From positions 36,606-100,605 of the forward strand of contig JAEOTP010000034.1 of the NCBI GenBank assembly GCA_016839765.1: DNA of 64,000 bases, read 5' to 3'. The position numbers were made by a program, and so were the translations under genes. This stretch comes from Promethearchaeota archaeon (GTDB lineage Archaea > Asgardarchaeota > Lokiarchaeia > Sigyniarchaeales > SOKP01). Under the pieces are notes generated by a model. It was not told where the DNA came from and made no database searches. It saw only the letters and a list, made by a program, of their open reading frames with translations. Positions 61,769 through 64,000 of this stretch are shown here, piece after piece (positions within the stretch are counted from its first letter, which is position 1; every line of letters starts with the position of its first letter).

Positions 61769-64000
61769 ATGAAATCTAATAATCTATTATCCAAAATAAA
61801 AAAATTTTTAAAACCAATTTATCAGAAAGTTATTCTCAAAGAGATTTATTTAGAAGGAAAAGAGCCTCCAAAATCATATGCATTTAGTAAGAAGTTTATA
61901 GGAATCTATGCTCTGTTTTTTTCAATTTCTTTAATACTTTTAATAGTAATGAATATATCTGATATTACTTTCTCATTGTTTTTTGAGCAACTTTTTATTG
62001 TTGGAAATGTTATTGTTGCTTTATTTATTTTTCTCTCTCTTTTATATAGCAGTGATAAGCTCAGAATTTTTATTTTTGAAAAACATACCGGTATAAAACA
62101 ACTAATAATCTATTTAGGGGCAGGAATTGGATTTTATTTCCTCTTTCGAATGCTTATTTTATATAAACTGAATCTAATGACTTATCTATATTTTTTATCA
62201 ACAGTTTGGTTAATTTTATTAAGTACAAGGTTTTATATGTATTCTAGAAAGTTTGCAACAAAATTAGAAGCTAAATTTATAGCAAAGTATTCGTTAACTA
62301 GACGTTTCTTAGCAGGAATATCTCCTTATTTTATTCTAGGTTTATTAATTGTACTAGCCTTATTTTATCGACTTGTACTGGTGTTTATTTCTTTAGATTT
62401 TTTTGGATCTTATGATCCTCAGGGAGCAGTTGCGGTGTATCAAATAGAAATGCGATTAGTAATGCCATTGATTTATTTCAGTCTTATTATGACACTTTTA
62501 TTTATTATTTTTGAGTTTATTTTTACCCGCAGAAAGGCAGAAACTAAAAGAGCTGGTTTATTTGACAATTACACATTTTCTTTAATTGTATTTTTTATCT
62601 TTTTCTTTCAGATCTTTCAGATTACTATCTTTTTATTATTAAGACCAGAAACATTTAGCGCTTTAAAAGCTACGGTAGGTGCTACTAGCTCTACAGTATC
62701 CTTTATTTTTGTTTTTGAGTTTTTAATTTCCATGATTTTTCTATATAGGGTAATAACAAAGTTAGGTAGGTCTCTAGGTTGGCAAATATTTTTATTTAAA
62801 AGAGATGGATTGATCTTACTAATTTTGGGGTGTGTTATTGCTCAGACTTTAACCCGTTTTGGCTTAGAAGCTCAAATTTCAAACCAAGAGGTAAGTATTA
62901 TTGGAAATTTCTTGATGTATGATAAATATATTATATCTATTATAATGATCATCTTTCTTGGAGCAACTTTATTGGTTTATTATCTAAAACCTCAATCAAC
63001 CTCAATGTTCATTAGACTCCAAAAAGAAACAGTTGATGAAGAACAAGAAAAATTAGAAATCATATATAAACTATTAAAAAGTGAATATATAAGAAGAGGT
63101 GAAGCTTATCCAATTGAAATTTTAGATCGCGAATTGATAAAAGCAACAAAACTTCCTAAAAATGTATTATATTCTCTCATCAATGAGTTAGTTAACAGCG
63201 ATATGGATATAATTATAAGAAACATAAAAGATGATTATGGTATTACTCAAAAATTTATTGATTTTGTATCTATCACAGAAAAATTTGATAAAAAAGAAGT
63301 AGCACAGAAAAAAGCAAAATCTTATTTATCTCAGAGATTATACGAAACGATGACTAAAAAATCTCCCGACTTATTCAAATTAAATAGAGGTTTAGAATCA
63401 GATAAAGCTTCCGATCTATTTATGTCTTCACTTACAAACACTTATAGCAAAAAGTTAAAAGATGAAAGACTAATAGAGAAAAAACAGCAAGAAGCCGTTA
63501 TATCTTTTACCGAAAAAGAAATTCCAAAATCTTTAAAAAATGTACTCATTGAAATATTAAAAAAAGAATATATTTATCGGATTGAAAATAACGAAAAGTA
63601 TCCTGATTTTTATTTTTCTATTTCTGAAATAGCATCAATAATTCAAATGGAAACAAAGATTAATGCAGGAGAACTTTATCCAATTTTAGAAAATTTAGAT
63701 ATAGAGGATATTGAGTTAAGACTCTTAAAGAATAGTAATGAACCAGAAGATAAAATTATTAGATTTTTTCCTATTGCAGATGATGCACTTATGTATTCAC
63801 TAGCCAATTTTAGACCTAATGAATTCAACAAGATAAAAATTGAAATTATAAACCGATTTGTCAGATTTCTTAAAAGGAAGAAAAGTAAAGCAGGTATTTC
63901 TAAATTGAAAAAAGGAATAGGAAATGATACGGAGGAACAACGTGCATGGGATAATATATTAAAAAATTTACATAATCATTATCCTCTTTATATTGAGACA
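61769..64000 (+). CDS. Large polytopic membrane protein with duplicated cytoplasmic wHTH-like domains, 3'-truncated (not in ORF track)
   Basis: ATG at 61769, frame appears open to the window end (744 codons); about 10 TM helices, then soluble repeats IYKLLKSEYIRR.. and LIEILKKEYIYR.. Confidence 0.8.
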   Translation, partial: MKSNNLLSKIKKFLKPIYQKVILKEIYLEGKEPPKSYAFSKKFIGIYALFFSISLILLIVMNISDITFSLFFEQLFIVGNVIVALFIFLSLLYSSDKLRIFIFEKHTGIKQLIIYLGAGIGFYFLFRMLILYKLNLMTYLYFLSTVWLILLSTRFYMYSRKFATKLEAKFIAKYSLTRRFLAGISPYFILGLLIVLALFYRLVLVFISLDFFGSYDPQGAVAVYQIEMRLVMPLIYFSLIMTLLFIIFEFIFTRRKAETKRAGLFDNYTFSLIVFFIFFFQIFQITIFLLLRPETFSALKATVGATSSTVSFIFVFEFLISMIFLYRVITKLGRSLGWQIFLFKRDGLILLILGCVIAQTLTRFGLEAQISNQEVSIIGNFLMYDKYIISIIMIIFLGATLLVYYLKPQSTSMFIRLQKETVDEEQEKLEIIYKLLKSEYIRRGEAYPIEILDRELIKATKLPKNVLYSLINELVNSDMDIIIRNIKDDYGITQKFIDFVSITEKFDKKEVAQKKAKSYLSQRLYETMTKKSPDLFKLNRGLESDKASDLFMSSLTNTYSKKLKDERLIEKKQQEAVISFTEKEIPKSLKNVLIEILKKEYIYRIENNEKYPDFYFSISEIASIIQMETKINAGELYPILENLDIEDIELRLLKNSNEPEDKIIRFFPIADDALMYSLANFRPNEFNKIKIEIINRFVRFLKRKKSKAGISKLKKGIGNDTEEQRAWDNILKNLHNHYPLYIET

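Noticed and set aside
1-64000. tRNA, rRNA, IS elements, integrases, prophage genes
   Set aside because: No GC-rich structured RNA segments or transposase/integrase motifs recognised by eye; tRNAscan-SE/Infernal not run

Overview
AT-rich, gene-dense archaeal chromosomal segment. Its content points to an Asgard archaeon (Lokiarchaeia-like): a gelsolin-domain protein, Rab-like and MglA-like small GTPases, a longin-like protein, a tandem Roadblock/LC7 protein, RING/PHD-like zinc fingers and three JAB/MPN proteins. These sit among anaerobic-archaeal metabolic genes: a HdrA-MvhD fusion, HdrBC, the DUF39-CBS/NIL-ferredoxin homocysteine pair, HypB, tyrosine phenol-lyase, class I aldolase and PssA. 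I saw no rRNA, tRNA, CRISPR array or transposase. The best candidate for an undescribed system is the 56.3-61.3 kb MPN cluster. It has an adjacent, co-oriented pair of an intact JAMM (MPN+) protein and a degenerate (MPN-) paralog, each with a long helical tail, an architecture like eukaryotic Rpn11/Rpn8, CSN5/CSN6 and BRCC36/Abraxas. A third, divergently transcribed MPN gene is linked to AAA+/vWA and ATP-grasp genes. Other candidates are a tandem vWA + RING/PHD-like paralog pair, and a SIR2-type NADase with about 25 TPRs behind a nucleophile-less alpha/beta hydrolase. Several genes missing from the ORF track were found by hand translation. All family calls come from motif recognition, not database searches.
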